This document shows positions 56,405 through 64,000 of a stretch of 64,000 nt of DNA, one piece after another. Both the position numbers and the translations under genes were made by a program. The notes under the pieces are model-generated. The model was not told the origin of the DNA, made no database searches, and worked only from the letters and a program-made list of their open reading frames with translations. Position 1 is the first letter of the stretch, and every line of letters begins with the position of its first letter. The DNA comes from Candidatus Levyibacteriota bacterium. Lineage in GTDB: Bacteria > Patescibacteriota > Microgenomatia > Levybacterales > UBA12049. The stretch lies in assembly GCA_029260905.1 (NCBI GenBank), contig JAJDCH010000003.1, forward strand, positions 1,553 to 65,552. Reading direction: 5' to 3'.

Positions 56405-57382
56405 TTATTCAAGCTCTTTTTTTACTTGTTCGGATAGAGTTCTGGCACTTGATAGTTTTTGGCCCAAGCTGTTAAATCCTTTATTTAGATTTAAATATTG
56501 ATTGGAAGAATTATTTATATGTTTGCCAAGCGTGTCCATAGAATCACTAACTTTTTCATAGTCAATTTGCAATGCTCTTAAAAGCCTGAAAACTTCACGG
56601 GACTCTGATTCAATTTTTTTGCCTTCAAAAGAAAGAAGAATTGTTTGTAGGTGGGCATAAAGCGTACTTGGAGAGACAATATAAACGCGTCCTCTTTTTG
56701 CATGCTCTGTCACGTCTTCCATATTTATAATCTCATAAAAAACCGACTCACTTGGTACATACATAAGAGCAAAATCCATAGTTCCCTCATCAGGAAGTAT
56801 ATATTTTTTAGAGATTGCATCAATATGTTTCTTCACATCTTTTGTGAATTCGTGTTTAAATTCTTTTATCTCTGACTCTGTTTTTGCTTTTGCCATTTTT
56901 TGGAAATTTTCCATTGGGAATTTGGAATCAATCGGGAGAATTCCTGCATCTGTTTTGATCGCAGCATCAACCTTCTCACCAGACTTGAAGGTGTATTGGA
57001 GATTAAAACTATTTTTTGGAAAAATTTGAGTAATCAAATCTTTTAATACTTGTTCGCCCAGATTTCCTCGAAGTTTGGGGCTTTTTAAAAAGTCTTGAAG
57101 CTCTCGCATATTTCTTCCGATTTCACTCATTTCCCCAACCTCTACACCGACATTTCTGATGACCTTTGCTGCAGTGTCAAGTCTTTCGTTTAGTTGACGG
57201 GAGTTTTCTTGAAGAGTTCGAACTGTTGTTTCTGATGTTTTATCAATTGATGACTGCATTGTTTTTAGCCATTCTAGAAGTGTTGTATCTGTTTGTTTTT
57301 GATTGAGTTTTTTGTTGAGGAGATAAATAATAATCCCAAAACCAAGGATCAAGATTATTAAAACAGGCAGTATACTATCCAT
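56405..57382 (-). CDS. rmuC: DNA recombination protein RmuC
   Basis: PKLRGNLGE, IDSKFP, KKYI, TMDFALMYVPSE, VSPSTL. Confidence 0.93.
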   Translation of the reverse strand: MDSILPVLIILILGFGIIIYLLNKKLNQKQTDTTLLEWLKTMQSSIDKTSETTVRTLQENSRQLNERLDTAAKVIRNVGVEVGEMSEIGRNMRELQDFLKSPKLRGNLGEQVLKDLITQIFPKNSFNLQYTFKSGEKVDAAIKTDAGILPIDSKFPMENFQKMAKAKTESEIKEFKHEFTKDVKKHIDAISKKYILPDEGTMDFALMYVPSESVFYEIINMEDVTEHAKRGRVYIVSPSTLYAHLQTILLSFEGKKIESESREVFRLLRALQIDYEKVSDSMDTLGKHINNSSNQYLNLNKGFNSLGQKLSSARTLSEQVKKELE

Positions 57383-57408
57383 AGTTCAAGTATTGTAACA
57401 CAAATATT

Positions 57409-58434
57409 TTACTGGAAATATAGTTCTGGATCGGCTGAGACTTCTTTCCAGCTTTTTGGATTTTGATTGAAATAGGAAGCGGTTGCGATCATAGCGGCAT
57501 TGTCAGTGCAGAGAGACTTTGCAGGGGCAAAAATCTTGGATTTGAGATCTTGGATTTTGGATCTTAGATGAAATTCATCCCTGAGTGATTGGTTGGCTGC
57601 GACTCCACCAGACAGAAGTATTGATTTGGCGTTATATTTTTTGGCAGCTTTGAGAGTTTTCTTGATTAGTACATCAATTATGGCGTCTTGAGCTGCTAAA
57701 GCAATGTCCGAGGTTATTTGTTTATCAAGGATTTTTATTTTTTGAGTTTCTCGAAGAACAGCGGTTTTGAGACCTGAGAAACTAAAGTCAAAATCAGCTG
57801 ATCCGATAAGTGGACGAGGGAATCGAAAGCGTTTTGGATTACCATTTTTGGCAGCTTTTTCTATTTCAGGTCCACCTGGATAGGGGAGATTGAGAAGTCT
57901 TCCTATTTTATCAAACGCCTCACCCGCTGCGTCATCGCGCGTCCCGCCAATCAATTTGTAGTCATTATGATTTTTAAAAAGTAGCAAATCTGTGTGTCCA
58001 CCTGAGACGACAAGAGCGATAGCGGGAAAGTCGATTCTGGATTCTGGTTTTGAGATTTCGCTAACGAAGTTAGCATAAACGTGTCCGATCATGTGATTAA
58101 CTGGAATTATTGGCTTTTTGAGAACGAAACTCAGCGTTTTGATTGTTTCAACACCGACCAGGAGAGATCCGATAAGCCCTGGACCAAACGTAACAGCAAG
58201 AGAGTCAATATCATTAATTTTCATTTCTGCCTTTCTTAGCGCTTCCTGAATAACTGGAATAATAAATTTTATTTGCTCACGCGCAGCGTTTTCGGGAATT
58301 ATGCCGCCTGTTTTGATATGTGTTTCCATAGAAGAAGCAACGATATTTGATTTTAAAAAAATTTCTTCGTTTTTACCTTCTATTATTGCAGCTGAGGTTT
58401 CATCACATGATGTTTCGATTCCAAGTATTATCAT
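57409..58434 (-). CDS. tsaD: tRNA N6-adenosine threonylcarbamoyltransferase
   Basis: ILGIETSCDETS, GPGL, VNHMIGH, LVVSGGHT, DDAAGEAFDK, FSFSGLKT, GGVAAN, CTDNAAMIA. Confidence 0.98.
   Translation of the reverse strand: MIILGIETSCDETSAAIIEGKNEEIFLKSNIVASSMETHIKTGGIIPENAAREQIKFIIPVIQEALRKAEMKINDIDSLAVTFGPGLIGSLLVGVETIKTLSFVLKKPIIPVNHMIGHVYANFVSEISKPESRIDFPAIALVVSGGHTDLLLFKNHNDYKLIGGTRDDAAGEAFDKIGRLLNLPYPGGPEIEKAAKNGNPKRFRFPRPLIGSADFDFSFSGLKTAVLRETQKIKILDKQITSDIALAAQDAIIDVLIKKTLKAAKKYNAKSILLSGGVAANQSLRDEFHLRSKIQDLKSKIFAPAKSLCTDNAAMIATASYFNQNPKSWKEVSADPELYFQ
57532..57569. repeat. Heptamer tract inside tsaD (C-terminal)
   Basis: AATCTTG GATTTGA GATCTTG GATTTTG GATCTTA (LRSKIQDLKSKI). Confidence 0.78.
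58033..58060. repeat. Heptamer tract inside tsaD (interdomain loop)
   Basis: GATTCTG GATTCTG GTTTTGA GATTTCG (EISKPESRI). Confidence 0.68.
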
Positions 58435-59021
58435 TATTTATTTCTCCCCCCTTTAAAATAATTGCTCATACTCAAAAATTCATCAGTTAATTCAGGAAAT
58501 GATGAGATGATTCTTTTTTTGTTTGAAAAATGATCCATATTATGAAGTATAATTATTTTTGTTCCAAGTTTTTGTTTGAAGACATTACCAAATTTTTCTG
58601 GAACACGATCGTCGTTGTCAGAGTAAAATCCCGTGTAATATTTAGATTTGTTTTTTAGCTTATCAAAACCAATCGGTTTTTCAAAAAAACTTTTAATAAT
58701 TTCATATCCCTTGCCGAGATCTTCGGCAAATCCAGCAACAAAAATTACCCCGCCCACCTTTTGATTTTCAGAAAGATTTTCGAGATAGCGAAGTATTGTA
58801 ATACATCCAAGACTATGACCGACTAAAAATAAGTCTTCGTCTGGATCTCCTGCTATTTCTTTTAGTTTTTTAAGCCATAGGGAAAGCTTGGGATGGTTGA
58901 CGTCTGGCATCTGGGGCACAGAGACTTTATAGCCTTTTTCTTCTAATTCTTTTTTGGTCTTTGGATACCAGCAATTTTCAGGAAATCCTTTCCATCCATG
59001 AACAATAACTACTTTTTTCAT
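58434..59021 (-). CDS. RBBP9/YdeN family alpha/beta hydrolase
   Basis: VIVHGW...NCWYP, VGHSLG, SDNDDRVP, HF. Confidence 0.9.
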   Translation of the reverse strand: MKKVVIVHGWKGFPENCWYPKTKKELEEKGYKVSVPQMPDVNHPKLSLWLKKLKEIAGDPDEDLFLVGHSLGCITILRYLENLSENQKVGGVIFVAGFAEDLGKGYEIIKSFFEKPIGFDKLKNKSKYYTGFYSDNDDRVPEKFGNVFKQKLGTKIIILHNMDHFSNKKRIISSFPELTDEFLSMSNYFKGGRNK

Positions 59022-59497
59022 TTCAGATCAAATTTTATCATATCGCCCTTTTTGATATTATATTTTTCACTTAGTCCTGCATTTATTTCGAGCACATAGT
59101 TGGCAGGACTATCAGGATGGTATTGTTTTAGTTCTGCATCAGTCTTTGCAATTGGCGCGTTTTTTACAACATACACAACTTTTTTATCCAAAATAAAGAT
59201 AATATCAATTGGAAATTTCATATCCTTCATCCAGAATTGAAAATATCCTGGTTGATCAAAAACAAAAAGCATCGATTTGTTTTCAGGCAAGCTATCGTAT
59301 TTTGATAAACCGATTCTTCTTTCCTTATCAGTTCTGGCAACTTCTGTTTGAAAGACATTTCCATTTATCGTTGTAGTGGATGAGACACCTTTTTGGATAT
59401 TTGTTTGGTTTGTTTTTTGATTTTTTCCTAAAAAAATTATTGCTAGAGAAATGCTTATTATTGCTATAAAAATAGCAAAGACATGGCCTGTTTTCAT
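59018..59497 (-). CDS. DUF192 family protein
   Basis: EVART...GLS...MLFVF...FWMKDMKFPIDIIF...YVLEINAG. Confidence 0.92.
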   Translation of the reverse strand: MKTGHVFAIFIAIISISLAIIFLGKNQKTNQTNIQKGVSSTTTINGNVFQTEVARTDKERRIGLSKYDSLPENKSMLFVFDQPGYFQFWMKDMKFPIDIIFILDKKVVYVVKNAPIAKTDAELKQYHPDSPANYVLEINAGLSEKYNIKKGDMIKFDLK

Positions 59498-59970
59498 AAG
59501 TCTCCTCCTAGGAGTTTAAGAATGTTACTTGTTGATTTGCTTGTTATGCTATCAACAACATCAACAACTTTGCCGCCAACCTTTTTTGCTTGTCTTTCTT
59601 TGTCAGCTCTATTTTTATCTCCTTTTGTAACTGCAAAAATATCAGGCTTTATTGCATTTGCTAGCTTGTCATAGTCTGGATTTTCTGGAAGAAGAATTAC
59701 ATAATCAACCATCTCCAAAGATTCTAAGATTTTTATCCTGTCTAGCTGTTTGTTAATTGGTCTTCCATTTCCTTTTAATTTCCTGATTGCTACATCTGAC
59801 TCGACAAAAACAAAAAGAACATCTCCTGCCTTTTTGGCATTTTCCAGATAAGTGATATGCCCGATGTGTAAGATATCAAAACAACCCCCAGCCAGAACGA
59901 TAGATTTACCCTGTGAGTTTATTTTTTTAGAAACTGTAATTGCTTGGTCTAGAGATAGAGTTTTATTCAT
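59494..59970 (-). CDS. Cytidylyltransferase-like nucleotidyltransferase (RfaE/TagD/RibL-like)
   Basis: GGCFDILHIGH (HxGH), LKGNGRP, VDYV, KPDI, STS. Confidence 0.88.
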   Translation of the reverse strand: MNKTLSLDQAITVSKKINSQGKSIVLAGGCFDILHIGHITYLENAKKAGDVLFVFVESDVAIRKLKGNGRPINKQLDRIKILESLEMVDYVILLPENPDYDKLANAIKPDIFAVTKGDKNRADKERQAKKVGGKVVDVVDSITSKSTSNILKLLGGDL

Positions 59971-60044
59971 TATTTAAGTGCTGAGAGCATAAAAGTACAG
60001 TACTAATTGTTTTTATTTCCTGCTTCTTTTTAACACATTTAGGC

Positions 60045-61529
60045 TTACTCTTTTGTTCCTCTTAAGTAAACTGCTTTCCAGGGACGGAAATTGGATGAAA
60101 ATTTGTTGTCTTGTATAATTTCTCCATCTTTTTTGACAATTCTTGTAAAGTAGACACTTGCGCCACTTGCTGCAAAATCAATTTGTTTTATTTCACCTTT
60201 TGGTAGTTCTGGATCATCAATATATTCTGCTTCAGGTGCAGGGGAGGTGCTGAGGATGACTGGATCACTAATAATGACTTCGCGGTTATCGTTGGTTCCG
60301 TAGAGTTCAAAGGTTAGTCGATAGTTGGTCATGTCAGGTATTGCCTGAATTAAAATATGTTTGCCAGTGTCGTTTTTAAATTTGAAATCAACACTAGGTG
60401 TGTAGATAGCTGCATCGATTCCCGGTCCACGGTCTTGTTCGTAATATCCAACCCTGTATGCATGTTGATTGCGCTCAGTTATCGGAAGACCTGCATTAAG
60501 AGCTGCTCTAAAAAGAGTTGTTGATACCTGACAGACACCACCTCCATCACCCAGAATTGTTTTGCCACCGGAAATCACATAAGCTTGCTTATAGCCAGTG
60601 AGACTTGAGATGTCGCCAACAGTTTTATTAAAAGAAAAAGTTTCACCTGGTTCAACCAATGCTCCATTTATTCTTGTTGCTGCGAGATTGATGTTGTATG
60701 CGCGGTTTTCGATAGATCCTGCAAAAGTAGATGTTCCGCTTGCGATGAGCTCTTTTATTCCGTAGTTGTTTATTTTTTCTGTTGATATTTTTGGCTCTTT
60801 TACGATGATTGGTATATCAATTTCTATCTCGTTAGATTTGTTTGAATTTCCTAGTTTTTGTATTTCTGACAAGATTTGCTGTTTTAATTTTTCTTTATCA
60901 ACCCCTCTACCATTTTTAGATAATTTAAATGCTAAAACACGTCCAGATTTGAAGTTAAAAATTCCTTCAATTGGTTCTTCATCAATTTCTTTTGAAGCAT
61001 CAGTTATAAATTGATTTATTTTTTCATCGTCTGTAATATATGCTGGAGGAAGTTTGATTCCACTTATGTATGCTTGAAGAAGTATGCTCATGTCAGAAAG
61101 CGTACTCCCAGAACGGCCTATGCTTTGCGCTTGCTTGGAAAGAAGGACGCCATCATATTTGAAATCAATTTGTTTTGCAGAAAAAGACGCGGTGTAATCA
61201 TCAGATGTCAAAATAAATGCTGATTTTTCAATTAGTTCATTCTTTTCGGCAAAATATTTTCTAATATCTGCTGGATTTTTACCTCCAAAATCTATACCGT
61301 CTATATAGATACCTTCATATATTTTCCCCTCATGTGATGATCGGTAAAACATAAAAAGAAAACTTGAGAAGAAAAAGAGCCCTAAAAAAGCACCAAGAAA
61401 AAACCATAACGATACTTTGGCAACTTTTTTGGTCAAGATTTTCCATGAACTTGAAACAGCTGTGGTGACAGCTGTTATTTCCTTTGGGGTGCTGCTGTCA
61501 ATTGTAGATTTTGTTTTTTTGCGCGCCAT
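60045..61529 (-). CDS. VanW family protein with a peptidoglycan-binding (YoaR-like) domain
   Basis: NRAYNINLAA..INGALVEPGETFSFN, GGGVCQVSTTLFRAAL, DFKFKNDT. Confidence 0.92.
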   Translation of the reverse strand: MARKKTKSTIDSSTPKEITAVTTAVSSSWKILTKKVAKVSLWFFLGAFLGLFFFSSFLFMFYRSSHEGKIYEGIYIDGIDFGGKNPADIRKYFAEKNELIEKSAFILTSDDYTASFSAKQIDFKYDGVLLSKQAQSIGRSGSTLSDMSILLQAYISGIKLPPAYITDDEKINQFITDASKEIDEEPIEGIFNFKSGRVLAFKLSKNGRGVDKEKLKQQILSEIQKLGNSNKSNEIEIDIPIIVKEPKISTEKINNYGIKELIASGTSTFAGSIENRAYNINLAATRINGALVEPGETFSFNKTVGDISSLTGYKQAYVISGGKTILGDGGGVCQVSTTLFRAALNAGLPITERNQHAYRVGYYEQDRGPGIDAAIYTPSVDFKFKNDTGKHILIQAIPDMTNYRLTFELYGTNDNREVIISDPVILSTSPAPEAEYIDDPELPKGEIKQIDFAASGASVYFTRIVKKDGEIIQDNKFSSNFRPWKAVYLRGTKE

Positions 61530-61567
61530 TGCTATAGCTTCCTCATAGGTATTATACTATAAATAGT

Positions 61568-63142
61568 ATGATAAGAGATGAGAATGTAGTCTTTGATAAT
61601 CAGAATGATCCAAATCAGCCTCAGCAAGGCGTACAAGTTCCGGCTCAGGGGATTGGTTCAGTTCAGCAACAGGATCCTGCGCAAAATCAATTGCCTGTTG
61701 AGAATCAGCAGCCGGTAGATCAGGCTTTTGGACAGAATTCAGCTCCGATTGATAATCAGAGTCTGCCAACAGAAGGAGCTCCTCCAGCTGAACCGCCAGT
61801 TGATGATCTGTCATCAAGTCCGCCTGGCTTTTTTAATGCTCTTCCACTTAAAAAAATAATAATAGGAGTCGGGGTTTTACTGCTTGTGGTATTTTTAGTC
61901 ATTCTTTTTATGCCAAAAAATAATGAACAAAAAGACGTAACGCTTACATGGTGGGGGCTTTGGGAAGATGAGGCTGTGATGAAGATTCTGACAGATGAGT
62001 TTACAAGAGAAAATCCCAAAATAAAAGTTAATTATGTTCAACAAAACCCGAGGCAATATAGGGAAAGAATTACTGCAAGGATAGGAAATAATAAAACTGA
62101 TGATGTACCTGATGTTTTTGTGTATCACAATTCATGGACGCCAATGTTTTCAAGCATTCTTCTTCCTTTTTCAGAAGATGTCATAACGCCTGAAGAATTT
62201 GAAAAAGCTTATTACCCTGTGATGCAGGATGATTTAGTAAAAAATGGCGCTATTTATGGAATACCACTTGGTGTTGACACGCTTGCTCTTTTTGTAAACA
62301 CTAAATACTTGAAAGATGCAGACATAGATCCTCCCAAGACTTGGGATGATTTTACTGCAGCAACTGTGGGTCTGACTGTTTATGATGAGAGCACGGGAAG
62401 AATAGCAACAGCTGGCGCAGCTCTTGGAACCTACAATAATATTACTCATGCATCTGATATTCTCTCTCTTCTTTTTGTGCAACAGGGGATTGATATGAAA
62501 AATTTTCCGGCATCAGCTGACAGACAGCAACAGGTTTTTGATTTTTATACATCTTTTGCAAAAGGTCAAAAGCCCTCCTGGAACACAACTCTTGATGAGT
62601 CAATCTTGACCTTTTCAAGTGGAAGGCTTGCGATGTTTTTTGGATATTCATGGGATATATTAAGAATAAAAGCATTAAATCCAGATTTGGAATTTAGCAT
62701 ACATCCTGTTCCTTCTCTTCCTGGGGGAGAAAAGGTTGCTTTTGCAAGTTATTGGGCACAAGGTATATCGAGCAAAAGCCCTTATCAAAAGGAAGCGCTA
62801 GTCTTCATGAAATATCTTGCCAAAAAAGAAACAGCTGAAAAGCTTTTTGCTGAAGCAAGTAAGACTAGGGAGTTTGGCCAGCCTTATGCTAGAACAGACC
62901 TTGCTGATACTCTTAAAGAAAATCAACTTCTTTATCCTTTCATATTACAACTTCCATATGCCAAGTCATCGGTTTTTTCTAGTGACACACAAGATGGAGA
63001 AGGTGGCATAAATTCAATAAGTAATACTTATCTTGGTAATGCAGTAAATGCGATTGTTTCTGAAAATGGTTCTATAAAATCTTCAATTAGTACATTAAGT
63101 GATGGAATCAGACAGGTTTACAATAAATATGGCATCCGTTAA
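61568..63142 (+). CDS. Extracellular solute-binding protein (sugar ABC type) with a Q/P-rich N-terminal cytoplasmic region
   Basis: TM then LTWWG...PDVF...YGIPLGVDTLALFVN...PKTWDDF...FSSGRLAMFFG. Confidence 0.88.
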   Translation: MIRDENVVFDNQNDPNQPQQGVQVPAQGIGSVQQQDPAQNQLPVENQQPVDQAFGQNSAPIDNQSLPTEGAPPAEPPVDDLSSSPPGFFNALPLKKIIIGVGVLLLVVFLVILFMPKNNEQKDVTLTWWGLWEDEAVMKILTDEFTRENPKIKVNYVQQNPRQYRERITARIGNNKTDDVPDVFVYHNSWTPMFSSILLPFSEDVITPEEFEKAYYPVMQDDLVKNGAIYGIPLGVDTLALFVNTKYLKDADIDPPKTWDDFTAATVGLTVYDESTGRIATAGAALGTYNNITHASDILSLLFVQQGIDMKNFPASADRQQQVFDFYTSFAKGQKPSWNTTLDESILTFSSGRLAMFFGYSWDILRIKALNPDLEFSIHPVPSLPGGEKVAFASYWAQGISSKSPYQKEALVFMKYLAKKETAEKLFAEASKTREFGQPYARTDLADTLKENQLLYPFILQLPYAKSSVFSSDTQDGEGGINSISNTYLGNAVNAIVSENGSIKSSISTLSDGIRQVYNKYGIR

Positions 63143-64000
63143 TTTAAATCAGGTTGATTTATCAGTTCTAAAAACTCTTCTTTATAGTGATATTTTTGAT
63201 TTTCCTCTGACACGTGGAGAATTGTGGCACTATTTGATTAGTAAAAAAAGAATTAGTAAGAAATCATTTGAGCATTCACTAAATCGGCTCAAAAAAATTA
63301 TTAAGCAAAAAAATGGATATTTTTACTTTAAAGAAAGAGAAGATATTGTTCTAAGACGTCTAAAAAGCTCAGTTATTTTTGAGAAAAAGATGAATATTGC
63401 AAAAAATGCTGCATCATATCTGTCAAAAATTCCAGGAATAAAATTGATTGGAATAAGTGGATCATTGGCTGTGGGAGATGGAGATAAAAACGATGATATA
63501 GATTTTTTTATCATTACAAAAAGAGGGGAGCTTTTGGTTACGCGTTTTGCGATTTTAGTAACACTTCAGCTACTTGGGCTTCGCAGAAAAAGACAGGACA
63601 AAAATCCAGCAGATAAGATATGTGTAAATTTATTGATTGATGAGGCACGACTTTCATGGGATAAAAAGAAACAGGATTTTTATGTTGCGCGTGAAATTGC
63701 ACAACTTAAGCCAATTTTTGATAGAGATAATACTTATAAAAATTTTTTAAGTGCTAATCAGTGGGCGGCTGAATTTCTACCAAATATTCAAGGTATAAAT
63801 TTTCAAAATGGTTTTTTGCCTGAGCGAAATTTTTATCCACTTAAAATTATTGGATTTTTATTAAAATTTAGTCCTTTTGCTTTTTTTGTAAAACTTGTTC
63901 AATTATTTTTAATAAAAATACATAGAACCAATGAATTAATCGGAAAGGAGATTTTGGCTTTTCATCCACTTGATTATAGGTCGATAACGCTTTCAAAAAT
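63129..64000 (+). CDS. Nucleotidyltransferase-domain protein (3' end runs off window)
   Basis: Not in the ORF track; MASVNL...TLLYSDIFDFPLT...GISGSLAVGDGDKNDDIDFFII (GS...DxD PolB-type NTase)...KICVN. Confidence 0.78.
   Translation, partial: MASVNLNQVDLSVLKTLLYSDIFDFPLTRGELWHYLISKKRISKKSFEHSLNRLKKIIKQKNGYFYFKEREDIVLRRLKSSVIFEKKMNIAKNAASYLSKIPGIKLIGISGSLAVGDGDKNDDIDFFIITKRGELLVTRFAILVTLQLLGLRRKRQDKNPADKICVNLLIDEARLSWDKKKQDFYVAREIAQLKPIFDRDNTYKNFLSANQWAAEFLPNIQGINFQNGFLPERNFYPLKIIGFLLKFSPFAFFVKLVQLFLIKIHRTNELIGKEILAFHPLDYRSITLSK

Noticed and set aside
331-63514. Many short overlapping ORFs in the track (e.g. 4836-5175, 16023-16355, 25815-26264, 32517-32942, 44398-44793, 49346-49528)
   Set aside because: Antisense or out-of-frame shadows of well-supported genes or of rnpB, with no motifs.
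1-64000. CRISPR array, prophage, IS or integron
   Set aside because: No 23-47-nt repeats with unique spacers, and no integrase, transposase or phage structural genes seen.
1-64000. Alternative genetic code (code 25, UGA=Gly)
   Set aside because: TGA terminates conserved genes (rpsE, rplO, adk, map) at the expected positions, and long ORFs are open in code 11.

Overview
AT-rich (genetic code 11) bacterial chromosome segment, most likely Patescibacteria/CPR of the Microgenomates type. That placement is an inference from the missing rpmD/L30, N-terminally short L2, extended r-proteins, largely Shine-Dalgarno-less genes, and lone pilN/pilO, cohesin and solute-binding genes. In order, the window holds: (i) a minus-strand surface-glycosylation/pilus block (NAD epimerase, two GT-C/PMT-like glycosyltransferases, FAD oxidoreductase, Fn3/Ig surface protein, pilO, pilN); (ii) fusA without rpsL/rpsG, separated from tuf by a 5-kb accessory insert; (iii) the S10-spc-alpha superoperon plus rplM-rpsI, with adk, cmk, map and infA; (iv) a mixed region with metK, adenosine kinase-ahcY, two FKBPs, dus, recA, tRNA-Pro(GGG), recX, RNase Y, HU, RNase P RNA, a UvrD-PD-(D/E)xK Fe-S helicase-nuclease, rmuC, tsaD, VanW and a solute-binding protein. 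No CRISPR array, integrase, transposase or prophage was seen. The strongest unexplained signal is a set of degenerate 7-nt (occasionally 8/9-nt) tandem-repeat tracts. They occur as inverted-arm hairpins in r-protein intergenic spacers and as in-frame tracts inside at least 10 sites of otherwise conserved proteins (Map, RecX, TsaD x2, UvrD x2, GT-C x4). Other signals are a multi-hairpin attenuator-like leader between rpsJ and rplC, pervasive leaderless promoters, an atypical RNase P RNA and two frameshifted ORFs.
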